In this document: in pieces, positions 1 to 9,401 of the stretch
How positions within the stretch are numbered: the first letter of the stretch is position 1
Layout of the letters: every line of letters starts with the position of its first letter
Origin: Coleofasciculus chthonoplastes F2-STO-03
Lineage (GTDB): Bacteria; Cyanobacteriota; Cyanobacteriia; Cyanobacteriales; Coleofasciculaceae
Assembly (NCBI GenBank): GCA_040222015.1
Contig: JAVJWO010000134.1
Span: 39,035 to 103,034, forward strand
Direction of reading: 5' to 3'
DNA length: 64,000 nucleotides
The notes under the pieces: generated by a model
Database searches by the model: none
The model's input: the letters and a program-made list of their open reading frames with translations, nothing else
What the model was told of the DNA's origin: nothing
Position numbers and translations under genes: made by a program

Positions 1-26
1 GGATTTCCGATGAAATTATTGTCGTA

Positions 27-149
27 GTAGTGCGAGCATCTTGCTCGCTATCCAATCAGCATCTTGCTCGCTATCCAATCAGCATCTTGCTCGCTATCCA
101 ATCAGCATCTTGCTCGCTATCCAATCAGCATCTTGCTCGCTATCCAATC
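27..149 (+). repeat. REP hairpin (GTAGTGCGAGCATCTTGCTCGC, 27-48) followed by five identical 23-bp tandem units AGCATCTTGCTCGCTATCCAATC (35-149)
   Basis: Read directly from sequence; GCGAGC/GCTCGC stem preceded by GTAG. Confidence 0.92.
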
Positions 150-322
150 TGATCAAATTTCCGCAAAAACACGAATGCGAATCGCTGCGCCGATAGGTTA
201 GGCTCGATAAAGACCATCTGGGATGCTCTCTCACTCTACCCTAACCGAGTAGCGGGAGATGCGATCGCGGTTTGGATGGGACACTACCGGATTGTGTGGA
301 TTAGTGCTGAGGCAAAACTGAG

Positions 323-3300
323 ATGATGTTGCCATCTATATTTAACACCTGTAGTCCCAGAGGGGAAATACAAGCCGGGGAGCTTTCGGTAGACTTGTTT
401 GCCGCAAAAGTCCGTCCTGTGGTGGAAGGGAATGCTCCTTTAGTTTATCAAGATGCCAATGTCTTCTTTGCTAATACCTTCCCTACAGATGGGATTAAAA
501 CCCTGATTCGGGAAGTATTTGGGCGCTTAAGTGGTGCCGCAACGGGTTCTCCGGTGATTCGCTTGGAGACGAGCTTTGGCGGTGGTAAAACCCACGATGA
601 GATTGCGATTTGGCATATCTGTAAGCAAGGGCGGCGGATTGACGGATTAGACCGTTTTGCTGACTTGACATTAATCCCAGACTATGCAGTGCAGGTGGCG
701 GCGATTGATGGTAGAGACTTAGACCCAGAAAATGGGGTACATCATGGGAGTACGGGGATTACCACGTTTACCCTTTGGGGAGAAATCGCTTATCAAATCG
801 GCGGAATTGCAGGCTATCAGCTTTTGCGCGGTTCGGATACCAGTGGGATTAGTCCGGGGACATCGGTACTGGAACGGCTGACGGATGGGAAACCCACTGT
901 GATTATTTTGGATGAAATTGCCCGGTATCTGAGAGCGGCGCAAGGGAAAGTCGTGGGACAGAGTACCCTGTCTAAGCAGGTGGTGGCGTTTCTGTTCTCG
1001 TTGATGGATTTGGCGGCGTCGGTTAATCATTTAATTCTGGTCTATTCTCTAGCATCGGCGTCGGATACGTTTAGTGAAGAAACCACAGAACTGAACGAAG
1101 TGATTCGCGCCTCGGCAAGGCAAGAGCGGGTATTGAGTCCGAGTACGGATGTTGAGATTTATAATATCGTCAAGCAACGGTTATTTGAAAGCGTGAGTGC
1201 CAAAGCCTCAGAGGATGCTGCGTCTGAATATTTAAGTGCCTATCGTGCTAGTCGGATTAATTTGCCCGATGGCTGCCAAGATGCTCCCTATGCTAACGCG
1301 ATCGCATCGAGTTATCCGTTTCATCCTGAATTATTTAATTTACTCACTAAGAAGATTGCTTCAATCCCCGAATTTCAGCGCACTAGGGGCGCATTGCGGT
1401 TATTTGCTATGGTGGTGCGTTATCTGTGGCAAAATCCTACGGAATGGATACCGATGATTCATACTCACCATATCCCGGTGGGGGTGGAGGCGAAGGTGAC
1501 GGATGAGTTAACCTCTCGCTTGCAGCGTCCCCTGATGCGGAATCCGATTCAGGCGGATATTTATAATGCTTCTGGGAGAGAAGCTTATGCTCAAGTCCAG
1601 GATCAACAGTGGGTGGTTGCAGGGAAACCCCCATTCTCAACATGGGTAGCGCGGACTATATTTTTACATTCTCTCACCCAAGGGATTTCATCGGGGATTC
1701 GACGGGCGGAGTTAAATTTATCCTTACTGACGCCGGGACTGGAGATTGGGTTTGTAGACCAGGTATTGGATAAACTGACCGCTGTGGCGTGGTATTTAGA
1801 TAACGACCCGATTACCTCAATTGCTCGGTTTAAAGAAGAACCCTCAATTAATAAGATTATCACCGAAGAGAAAGAGCAGGTGGGCAAGATTCAGGCAAAA
1901 GAAGACTTGCGATCGCGCCGAGATAGCATTTTTGCCTCAAAAGCTTTTAAGCTAGTTATACCGGACTCCCCTGCCGATGTGGATGATGTCCCTGATCCGA
2001 TTGCCCTGTGTGTGATTGATTTCGACAATGTGATGGTATCCTCATCCCAAGACCCTGCACCCTATCTGATTGAACAGATTTTTGACAATACAGGAGAGTC
2101 GGGCAAATTCCGCACCTATCGCAATCGCCTCCTATTTTTAGTCGCCAATAAGCACGAACTCGAACGCACTGTTGACCTGGCTAGGGAACATAAGGGGATT
2201 AAGAATATTCTGGCAAGTCCCAATCGGTTAGAAGATATCTCCGAAAGTCAGCAGAAACAACTGCGCCAGAAAGATGGCGAGATTGACTTGAGGTTACGAA
2301 TCGCTATAACCAATACCTACCGCCATCTATTTTATCCGGCGAATGACCCAGTAAAAGCGCCCAAGGGGTTGATACATTACACCTTACCTGCCCAAGATTC
2401 CAGTACGGTAAAAGGGAAGAGTAATCAGCAGGAAGTAATCCTTAAAGCACTCCGGGACTGCGGTAAAGTGAGGGCGGAAGTAGAAGACCAGGCGAAACCC
2501 TTTGCCCCTGCTTATATTTTGCAGAAGGTTTGGCTTTCTGGCATCGACCATTGGACAACGAAAAGCCTACGAGAGGAATTTGCTAAGAATCTGGCGCTAA
2601 ATATGCCCATTGAAGCCGAAATTCCCAGGCTGCGGGAGACGGTAAAACGGGGATTAGTCGAGGGACAGTGGGATATGAAGGTGGGAGAGCGGTTATTTAT
2701 TAAAGCAGATGGAAATTTGACCCCACCCGAACCGATTGAGTTCTCGGAACGGATGGTACTCTATCGCCGAGGAATTTTACAACCCCCGAAACCCAAGGAA
2801 GTCGAACTCAGCGCCCAGGTAATGTCAAGTACGGAAGCGACGAAACCCGTGCGGGTGCGGTGGAAGGCGAGGGGGGCGTTAACGGTGTCTCTGTATCAAG
2901 ATGAAAGGGTGATAAGGGAAGACTTTCGTCCCTCGGATGAGTATGAGGGAAGTATTTCTCAGACGACAGTGTTTAAGATAGTCGCAGATTATGGCAATGG
3001 CGAGGTTGAACAGCGACAGACGCAGGTAATGTTAACCGGGGAGTTTACCTATGGTACAGGGGGTTCGAGGCGGAGTTCCACGGTTAGCGAACCGAAGGGG
3101 ATATTTCAGGTTAAACCCGAACAGATTGACCTAGAGGGTACACCCAATAGCGTATTTACCGCGTTGAGCGATCGCTGTAGTGATGATAAAGTACAGGGAA
3201 TTCAATGGCTAGAACTGTCCGTTGACCAAGTAATGGATTACCGCAAGCTAGGAACAGCGCTACCTTTGCTGAGTCGTTTTCCACTACAAATTGACCAGCG

Positions 3301-3550
3301 CGTGATGATTCAGACGGGGGACTTTACTCGGTTAGAATACCAGGGTTCAGTGCGAGGTTTCCAGAGTTTTTTCTCTACTATCAATACTTTACTTAACGCG
3401 CCCAGTGTGCAAGCAGATGTGAATTTGAAACTCACGTTTGAGTTTGATAACGCAGTGTCGCCAGGGGGTTCAGAAATCAATATAATCAAACAGGCGCTTT
3501 TACGTAATCCCGTAGAACGTCTCTATTTGAGTGCAAGGGTAAGGTATTAA
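323..3550 (+). CDS. DUF499-family AAA+ ATPase of a restriction-like defence system
   Basis: 1075 aa; Walker A TSFGGGKTH, Walker B IILDE, SYPFHPEL and FQRTRGALR motifs typical of DUF499; gene order with methylase and helicase. Confidence 0.88.
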   Translation: MMLPSIFNTCSPRGEIQAGELSVDLFAAKVRPVVEGNAPLVYQDANVFFANTFPTDGIKTLIREVFGRLSGAATGSPVIRLETSFGGGKTHDEIAIWHICKQGRRIDGLDRFADLTLIPDYAVQVAAIDGRDLDPENGVHHGSTGITTFTLWGEIAYQIGGIAGYQLLRGSDTSGISPGTSVLERLTDGKPTVIILDEIARYLRAAQGKVVGQSTLSKQVVAFLFSLMDLAASVNHLILVYSLASASDTFSEETTELNEVIRASARQERVLSPSTDVEIYNIVKQRLFESVSAKASEDAASEYLSAYRASRINLPDGCQDAPYANAIASSYPFHPELFNLLTKKIASIPEFQRTRGALRLFAMVVRYLWQNPTEWIPMIHTHHIPVGVEAKVTDELTSRLQRPLMRNPIQADIYNASGREAYAQVQDQQWVVAGKPPFSTWVARTIFLHSLTQGISSGIRRAELNLSLLTPGLEIGFVDQVLDKLTAVAWYLDNDPITSIARFKEEPSINKIITEEKEQVGKIQAKEDLRSRRDSIFASKAFKLVIPDSPADVDDVPDPIALCVIDFDNVMVSSSQDPAPYLIEQIFDNTGESGKFRTYRNRLLFLVANKHELERTVDLAREHKGIKNILASPNRLEDISESQQKQLRQKDGEIDLRLRIAITNTYRHLFYPANDPVKAPKGLIHYTLPAQDSSTVKGKSNQQEVILKALRDCGKVRAEVEDQAKPFAPAYILQKVWLSGIDHWTTKSLREEFAKNLALNMPIEAEIPRLRETVKRGLVEGQWDMKVGERLFIKADGNLTPPEPIEFSERMVLYRRGILQPPKPKEVELSAQVMSSTEATKPVRVRWKARGALTVSLYQDERVIREDFRPSDEYEGSISQTTVFKIVADYGNGEVEQRQTQVMLTGEFTYGTGGSRRSSTVSEPKGIFQVKPEQIDLEGTPNSVFTALSDRCSDDKVQGIQWLELSVDQVMDYRKLGTALPLLSRFPLQIDQRVMIQTGDFTRLEYQGSVRGFQSFFSTINTLLNAPSVQADVNLKLTFEFDNAVSPGGSEINIIKQALLRNPVERLYLSARVRY

Positions 3551-3978
3551 TGCAAGAATTTCAACTGCGGGTGGTTCCCACGGATAACAATAATTTCGCC
3601 TTGGAGTTGTATCAATGTGCCTATAAAAAGGCGGGGGAAAAAAAGCGACCAGCGGCTAAACGAATTGGGCGGTTGAAGGGTAAGGCGTTGGTGCAGGCGA
3701 GATCGGTGATTTATGAGGTTTTAAAAGCGAATAATTATGACCCGAAAACTCTATCACACAAGCGGCAATCTCCCTATATTTTAAGTGAGGAATCGGGGGT
3801 TAATTTGGCGCTGTTATTTCAAGCTTTGCAACCGCTATCAAAACCGGAACGCATTGCGAATATCAGTGCCGGAGTTACAGCGATGAGTAATGAAGAGGCA
3901 CATTATTGGTTCGCCAAAATTAATAATGGCAAGCGAAGTCCGGCGTTAAAGGCAATGCGAGTGTTATTAGGGGATTAG
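3550..3978 (+). CDS. small protein at the DUF3780 position of the restriction-like system
   Basis: 142 aa, coupled (TAATG) to the ATPase; C-terminal EEAHYWF...ALKAMRVLL resembles DUF3780-type ends; family call is mainly positional. Confidence 0.6.
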   Translation: MQEFQLRVVPTDNNNFALELYQCAYKKAGEKKRPAAKRIGRLKGKALVQARSVIYEVLKANNYDPKTLSHKRQSPYILSEESGVNLALLFQALQPLSKPERIANISAGVTAMSNEEAHYWFAKINNGKRSPALKAMRVLLGD

Positions 3979-4299
3979 GAGTGTGAGCATCCTGCTCACG
4001 TATATGCACAAGAGTCAATCTGCCAATGCCAATCTGCCAATGCCAATCTGCCAATGCCAATCTGCCAATGCCAATCTCCCAATGCCAATCTCCCAATGCC
4101 AATCTCCAACTATCAATCTCCCAATGCCAATCTCCCAATGCCAATCTCCCAATGCCAATCTCCAACTATCAATCTCCCAATGCCAATCTCCAACTATCAA
4201 TCTCCCAATACCAATCTCCCAATGCCAATCTCCCAATACCAATCTCCCAATGCCAATCTCCAACTATCAATTTCCAAGCGAGCAAGATGCTCGCACTAC
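3978..4299. repeat. REPIN-like pair: left REP GGAGTGTGAGCATCCTGCTCAC (3978-3999), heptamer array CAATCTC/CCAATGC/CAACTAT (~4016-4270), right REP GCGAGCAAGATGCTCGCACTAC (4278-4299)
   Basis: Inverted REP copies with a compensatory stem change (GTGAGC/GCTCAC) enclosing a tandem array. Confidence 0.88.
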
Positions 4300-4373
4300 A
4301 GACAGATATAAGCATTTTGTTTATTATAGAAGTTAAAAACTGAAAAATTAGAAAAATTCAAGGAATCTTAGTC

Positions 4374-5036
4374 ATGTTACAATATGATCCGAAATTACGC
4401 CTGCCAACAAGTGCTGAATTGCCTTGTTCTGATGATACGCCTGTGGATAACGAGAATCAAAATTTTATTCCAAACTTACTGTTATTTTTACTAAAGTTTA
4501 TTTGGGGGAAGCGAACAGATTGGTTTTTTGGGGTGGATATGGGAATTTATCACACCACAGGAGTTAGTCCGTTGGTTCCTGTAGTTCCCGATGGCTTTTT
4601 GAGTTTAGGGGTTGAACGTCATCGGCAAGGTAGACAGAGGAAAAGCTATGTAGTTTGGGAAGAAAATGGTGTTGTTCCAATTTTTGTGTTAGAGGTGGCA
4701 TCGCGAACACCGGGGGGAGAATACGATACGAAGATGGGAATTTATGCCAACTTGGGAGTTTTATATTATCTGGTTTATAACCCTGAATATTGGCAGCGAG
4801 ATAGGCATCAATCTTTTGAGGTTTACCGCTTAGTAAATGGAGAGTATCAACTGCAAATTGGTGAACCTTACTGGATGCCAGAAGTTGGCTTAGGGATTGG
4901 ACGTGCGCCTTACCAAGATGGTGAACTAGAGATTGAAGCATTGTATTGGTACAATCAGCAGGGTGTCCGTTATTTAACACCTGAAGAACAATTAGCCCGT
5001 TATCAAGAACGTTTTGGCGAATTACCGGAGGATTAA
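4374..5036 (+). CDS. Uma2 (DUF820) family PD-(D/E)xK endonuclease-fold protein
   Basis: LPCSDDTPVDNE, VVPDGFLSLG, VLEVAS, YDTKMGIY motifs of cyanobacterial Uma2 proteins. Confidence 0.88.
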   Translation: MLQYDPKLRLPTSAELPCSDDTPVDNENQNFIPNLLLFLLKFIWGKRTDWFFGVDMGIYHTTGVSPLVPVVPDGFLSLGVERHRQGRQRKSYVVWEENGVVPIFVLEVASRTPGGEYDTKMGIYANLGVLYYLVYNPEYWQRDRHQSFEVYRLVNGEYQLQIGEPYWMPEVGLGIGRAPYQDGELEIEALYWYNQQGVRYLTPEEQLARYQERFGELPED

Positions 5037-5089
5037 AATTTCTTCAAGTCGCAGATTCATAATTCGTAGTGCGTTCGCGTAGCGTGCGC

Positions 5090-5111
5090 GTAGTGCGAGC
5101 ATCTTGCTCGC
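5090..5111 (+). repeat. REP hairpin immediately upstream of RAYT
   Basis: GTAGTGCGAGCATCTTGCTCGC, 12 bp before the ATG. Confidence 0.9.
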
Positions 5112-5123
5112 GATGGGAGTAAG

Positions 5124-5573
5124 ATGAAATTCAAAAAACAACTTCCTCAATTAGAAATCCCTAAAGGCAGATACTTCGTTACCTTCGTGACGTGGGAAAG
5201 ACTAGAACTAACTCCAGAAGCTCGACAGGTTGTGCTAGATGCTTGCAGTTTTTTTCACAATCAACGATATCAGATATTTACTGGAGTTATCATGCCAGAT
5301 CACGTACATCTGTTGATTCAGCCTTTTCTCAAAACGGAGACAGAATTTTGGTCAATTGGGAGTATTTTGCATAGCATCAAAAGTTATAGCGCCAAACAAA
5401 TTCCTCAAGTGATGCGACATATTGGCAAGGTTTGGCAAGATGGAAGATATGATAAGCTGATGAGGGATGAGAAAGAATTCGAGCAGGCATGGGAGTATAT
5501 TAGACAAAATCCGGTTAAGGCTGGATTATCAAAGACTCCGGAAGATTATCCTTTCTTTTGGGAGATATTTTGA
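5124..5573 (+). CDS. REP-associated tyrosine transposase (RAYT / TnpA-REP, Y1 HUH family)
   Basis: YFVTFVT, HUH motif MPDHVHLL, VWQDGRYD, catalytic-Tyr motif EYIRQNPVKAGL; flanked on both sides by GTAG/GGAG hairpins. Confidence 0.9.
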   Translation: MKFKKQLPQLEIPKGRYFVTFVTWERLELTPEARQVVLDACSFFHNQRYQIFTGVIMPDHVHLLIQPFLKTETEFWSIGSILHSIKSYSAKQIPQVMRHIGKVWQDGRYDKLMRDEKEFEQAWEYIRQNPVKAGLSKTPEDYPFFWEIF

Positions 5574-5574
5574 A

Positions 5575-5993
5575 GGAGTGCGAGCATCTTGCTCGCTACC
5601 TATAATTTAATTAGAGCTCGCTACCTAATAATTAGAGCTCGCTACCTAATAATTAGAGCTCGCTACCTAATAACTAGAGTTCGTGACCTAATAATTAGAG
5701 CTTGCTGCATCTTGTACACTACCGATGATTTACAGCATCTTACTCAGAAGGGAGCATGTCACCTTTGTCGGTTAGACCCTTGGAACGTAGGCGTGACGCG
5801 CAGCGATAGCGACGTAAGGAGCGTCAACCTTCTCGTACTCCTTTGGAGTTCCCGAAGGGTAGAGTAACCCAACGAGAGCAGGCTAACTTGGACATTTTGT
5901 GCCAACCTGATAGGCTCCCTACTCAGAAAGCCAGCGTCCAAACCCTTATCGGTTAACAATCTTAGTCAATAGCGAGCGAGACGCTCGCACTAC
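5575..5993. repeat. REPIN-like pair: left REP 5575-5596, ~4 x 21-bp units GCTCGCTACCTAATAATTAGA (5616-5699), ~200-bp cargo, right REP GCGAGCGAGACGCTCGCACTAC (5972-5993)
   Basis: Read directly from sequence. Confidence 0.85.
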
Positions 5994-6033
5994 CATAAAA
6001 AATATACCCTTTAATTTCTGTACAATTTAACCC

Positions 6034-9000
6034 ATGACTACCCCTAACCGCCCCAAAGTGTTCATTGAAAAAATCATGCCTGTGGAGTTATTAAACAAGC
6101 AGGTATATTACGAGAATGGGGGAAATCCATTCAAGGGTTTACATCGTTGGTATTCGCGCAAACCTTTGTCATTTAGCCGCGCTAGTGTTTTGGCGTCGCT
6201 GTTACCTGCTGATATTTCCATGGATGAGTTTGAATATCTGTTGGGATTAGAGAGACGCCAGTACAGAAGTAAAGAGGTAAGGCTATACAAAACACCGCCA
6301 ACGTCAGAACGGATTCAGCAGGTACATGATTTGTGTGAGAAGGTTTGGGGAAAGCGGACTCCTACTGTGTTGGATGCGTTTGCAGGGGGTGGGAGTATTC
6401 CCTTTGAGGCGGCGCGGTATGGGTTGAATGTGCTGGCGTCGGATTTGAATCCGGTGGCGGTGGTGACGATGAAGGCGGCGATGGAATATCCTCTCAAGTT
6501 TGGTCCCGATTTGCAGCAGGATATTGATAAGTGGGTGAAGTGGGTAGGGGATGAGGCGAAGAAGCGATTGGCTGAGTTTTTTCCGTCTTTGGAAGGGGAA
6601 AGGGTACAGAATTATTTATGGGCGCATACGGTGGTTTGTCCAAGTTGTGAGTCGGTGGTGCCGTTGAGTCCAAATTGGTGGTTGAGTAAGACGAGTAATT
6701 ATGCAGGAAAAGGGAAAGAAAGGAAAGTTACCAGTGATTGGTATGCGGTGAAGCCAATTCCGAATCCTGAGAAGAAGCGGGTTGATTTTGAGTTGATTAA
6801 GGGAAGGAAGGGGAAGGGTAAAACGATTATTTATGAGGATAATTCGGATAATAACGTAGTGGGAGCGTCTCGCTCCCTTACCTCTCCCGGTAGCTCCCTT
6901 ACCTCTCCCGGTAGCTTCCTTACCTCTTCCGACAGCAAACAGGATGAAAGGATTAGCGAGCAAGATTTGGGGAGAGGATGTAGCGAGCAAGATGCTCGCA
7001 CTCCCCATATTAATCGCAAATTGGAATATGATCCAGATACTACAACAACCCTGAGCAGAGGTGTTGGTAAATGTCCCAATTGTGGAAGTGTCATTGAAGA
7101 TGAATCAATTAAAGCCTATTCATCTGTTAATAATTTGGGACATCAAATTTACGCTGTAGCTTATAAAAAGGGGAAATCAAATCTATATTTTCGGCTACCT
7201 GATCAAATTGATTTAGATGGACTTGAAAATGCTCAATTAGCACTTAAACAGAAGTATGCTGATTTGACTGTTGCGAATCTAATTCCTAGTGAACCAACGA
7301 GTACAGGTTTACATGATTCCCCTCGAAATTATGAATATGGTTTGCGACAATACGAAGACTGTTTTAATGCTCGTCAGCTTCTAACCCTTGTCACCTATGT
7401 AGAAATTATCAACGAGGCAAAGTCAAAGCTACAGGCTGAGTATGAGCCAGAGAAAGCAGAGGCGATTAGCACTTATTTAGCTTTGGTTTTAGATAGATGC
7501 ATTGATGCTAATTGTCGATTAGTTATTTATAATGCAGCCAGAGCTTGTATTCAAAAGGCTTCAACACAACACGCATTAAACTTAATGTGGAACTATCCAG
7601 AGGTAAATGGAGCAACAGAACTTTGGCAAGCGTGTCAAGAAGAAGCAGCTAGAGACTACACAAAACTTTGCTCTTTATTCGGAACCAAACCCCACTCAAT
7701 CGGCTTACCTGGAATCGAACACTACGACCCAAAATCCATCCAAATAGAAGCAGCATCAGCCGATAGCCTCTTCCACATCCCCGATAACTCCATAGACGCC
7801 ATTATCACAGATCCTCCCTACTATTCCACAATCCAATACGCCGAACTCTCAGACTTCTTCTACGTCTGGATGAAACGCACCCTCGGCGACATTTTCCCCG
7901 AAATCTTTCTAACCGAACTCACCGACAAAGACAGAGAAGCCGTCGCCAACCCCTCCCGCTTCCGCAACATGGGGATATCCGCCGACGAACTCGCCAACCA
8001 AGACTACGAAGCGAAAATGGCACTCGCCTTTAGCGAATATTACCGTGTCCTGCGAGATGACGGCGTAATGACGGTACAATTCAACCACAAAGACTCCGGC
8101 GCATGGGATGTCCTGGCAAAATCCCTCATCGATGCAGGCTTCGAGATTACCGCATCTTGGGCAGTCAGCACCGAAAACCCCCAAAACCTGCACCAAGCCA
8201 AGAAAAACTCCGTCTCCAGTACCGTCCTTTTAGTCTGCCGCAAACGTGACCCCAACGCCGAACAAGCTTGGTGGGATGACTTGCGCCCCGAAGTCGCTAA
8301 CCTCGTAGAACAACGCGCCCCCGAATTTGAAGCCAACGACATCACCGGAATTGACCTCTATTTAAGCGCCTTTGGTCCAGCCTTAAACGTCTTTTCCCGT
8401 TCTCACCCCATCCTCGACAGCAGCGGCGAAGAAGTGCGCCCAGAACAAGCCTTTGCTGAAGCCAGAAAAGCCATCGCCAACTACCGCTTCCGCAAACTCG
8501 TCCAAACCGACACCGCCGGGTTTGACCCCCTCACCCAATGGTATCTCCTAGCTTGGGATGCATTCAAAGCGCGAGAATTCCCCTTCGATGAAGCCCGACA
8601 ACTCGCACTTGCCATCGGTGGCTTCAATGTCACCGACTTAGCCAAAACCCACAAATTACTAGACTCTACCAGTGGCACTTGTAAACTATTATCCCCCCAA
8701 CAGCGCCTGAAAAAACGCGCTTTTTCCGTCAACGAACAAGAATTTTCCGCCCTTTATTTAGTAGACGGACTCCACGCCATCCTCGCTATCTACCAAGAAG
8801 AACAAAGTATCCAACTGGTGCGCCGCTTCATGAAAAATACCGGACTGGTGAGTAATGATATGTTTATGAAAACCATGGAAGTAGCCTTTAAAGTGATTCC
8901 CGATAGCGTTTCAGAACACAAAGCCTTGTTAGACTTGTGGTTAGCGATGGATGAAATTAAGGCAAAAGTGGTGGTGGAACAGATGGAACTGCCGTTAGAG

Positions 9001-9048
9001 GTTGGGCAATTGAGCTTAGATTTAGACAACAGTAGTAATTCCCAATAA
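6034..9048 (+). CDS. DUF1156-type amino-DNA methyltransferase with Zn-ribbon and in-frame REPIN insertion
   Basis: LHRWYSRKPL N-terminus, SAM motif LDAFAGGGSIP, catalytic ITDPPYY, CPSC/CPNC pairs. Confidence 0.9.
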   Translation: MTTPNRPKVFIEKIMPVELLNKQVYYENGGNPFKGLHRWYSRKPLSFSRASVLASLLPADISMDEFEYLLGLERRQYRSKEVRLYKTPPTSERIQQVHDLCEKVWGKRTPTVLDAFAGGGSIPFEAARYGLNVLASDLNPVAVVTMKAAMEYPLKFGPDLQQDIDKWVKWVGDEAKKRLAEFFPSLEGERVQNYLWAHTVVCPSCESVVPLSPNWWLSKTSNYAGKGKERKVTSDWYAVKPIPNPEKKRVDFELIKGRKGKGKTIIYEDNSDNNVVGASRSLTSPGSSLTSPGSFLTSSDSKQDERISEQDLGRGCSEQDARTPHINRKLEYDPDTTTTLSRGVGKCPNCGSVIEDESIKAYSSVNNLGHQIYAVAYKKGKSNLYFRLPDQIDLDGLENAQLALKQKYADLTVANLIPSEPTSTGLHDSPRNYEYGLRQYEDCFNARQLLTLVTYVEIINEAKSKLQAEYEPEKAEAISTYLALVLDRCIDANCRLVIYNAARACIQKASTQHALNLMWNYPEVNGATELWQACQEEAARDYTKLCSLFGTKPHSIGLPGIEHYDPKSIQIEAASADSLFHIPDNSIDAIITDPPYYSTIQYAELSDFFYVWMKRTLGDIFPEIFLTELTDKDREAVANPSRFRNMGISADELANQDYEAKMALAFSEYYRVLRDDGVMTVQFNHKDSGAWDVLAKSLIDAGFEITASWAVSTENPQNLHQAKKNSVSSTVLLVCRKRDPNAEQAWWDDLRPEVANLVEQRAPEFEANDITGIDLYLSAFGPALNVFSRSHPILDSSGEEVRPEQAFAEARKAIANYRFRKLVQTDTAGFDPLTQWYLLAWDAFKAREFPFDEARQLALAIGGFNVTDLAKTHKLLDSTSGTCKLLSPQQRLKKRAFSVNEQEFSALYLVDGLHAILAIYQEEQSIQLVRRFMKNTGLVSNDMFMKTMEVAFKVIPDSVSEHKALLDLWLAMDEIKAKVVVEQMELPLEVGQLSLDLDNSSNSQ
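6856..7004. repeat. in-frame REPIN inside methylase (left REP GTAGTGGGAGCGTCTCGCTCCC 6856-6877; ~3 x 21-bp GCTCCCTTACCTCTCCCGGTA; right REP 6983-7004)
   Basis: Encodes VVGASRSLTSPGSSLTSPGSFLTSS...CSEQDARTP; ORF stays open. Confidence 0.88.
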
Positions 9049-9397
9049 TTTATGAAATTCATTTGTAGTGCGAGCATCTTGCTCGCTACAAACCCTGCCG
9101 TTATAGGTTATTCATTTGTAGTGCGAGCATCTGGCTCGCTACAAACCCACATCAATACAGCCCACACCCTGAGCTTAGATTTAGACAACAGTAGTAATTT
9201 CCAATAATTTATGAAATTCATTTGTAGTGCGAGCATCTGGCTCGCTACAAACCCACATCTAATCCTCGATCCAAAAACCCTCCAATCAACCGAAGAACAA
9301 CGTATAATTATTGGTGTCATAACCTGGCAATAATATGTCAACTTCGCCGATATATTTGTCGATTTAATATAAGTAGCGACCAAGATGGTCGCACTAC
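9011..9397. repeat. REP cluster: three left REPs (9065, 9118, 9224), one right REP GCGACCAAGATGGTCGCACTAC (9376-9397), and an ~85-bp duplication of the methylase 3' end (9011-9095 / 9170-9254)
   Basis: Read directly from sequence. Confidence 0.88.
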
Positions 9398-9401
9398 AAA
9401 A

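Noticed and set aside
35..149. Possible CRISPR array
   Set aside because: Units are identical head-to-tail 23-mers with no unique spacers; no cas genes in the window.
3920..4343. Five overlapping ORFs of 81-117 aa
   Set aside because: Translations of a stop-poor heptamer repeat array; no evidence of coding.
5124..5573. IS200/IS605 TnpA as part of an autonomous IS
   Set aside because: Motifs (WQ..YD, YI.QNP) and flanking GTAG hairpins fit RAYT; no tnpB adjacent.
5589..5959. Short ORFs 5589-5867 and 5759-5959
   Set aside because: Made of REP and 21-bp repeats; likely spurious.
6856..7004. Intein or intron in methylase/helicase insertions
   Set aside because: No Cys/Ser..His-Asn splice motifs or intron features; inserts are bounded by REP hairpins.
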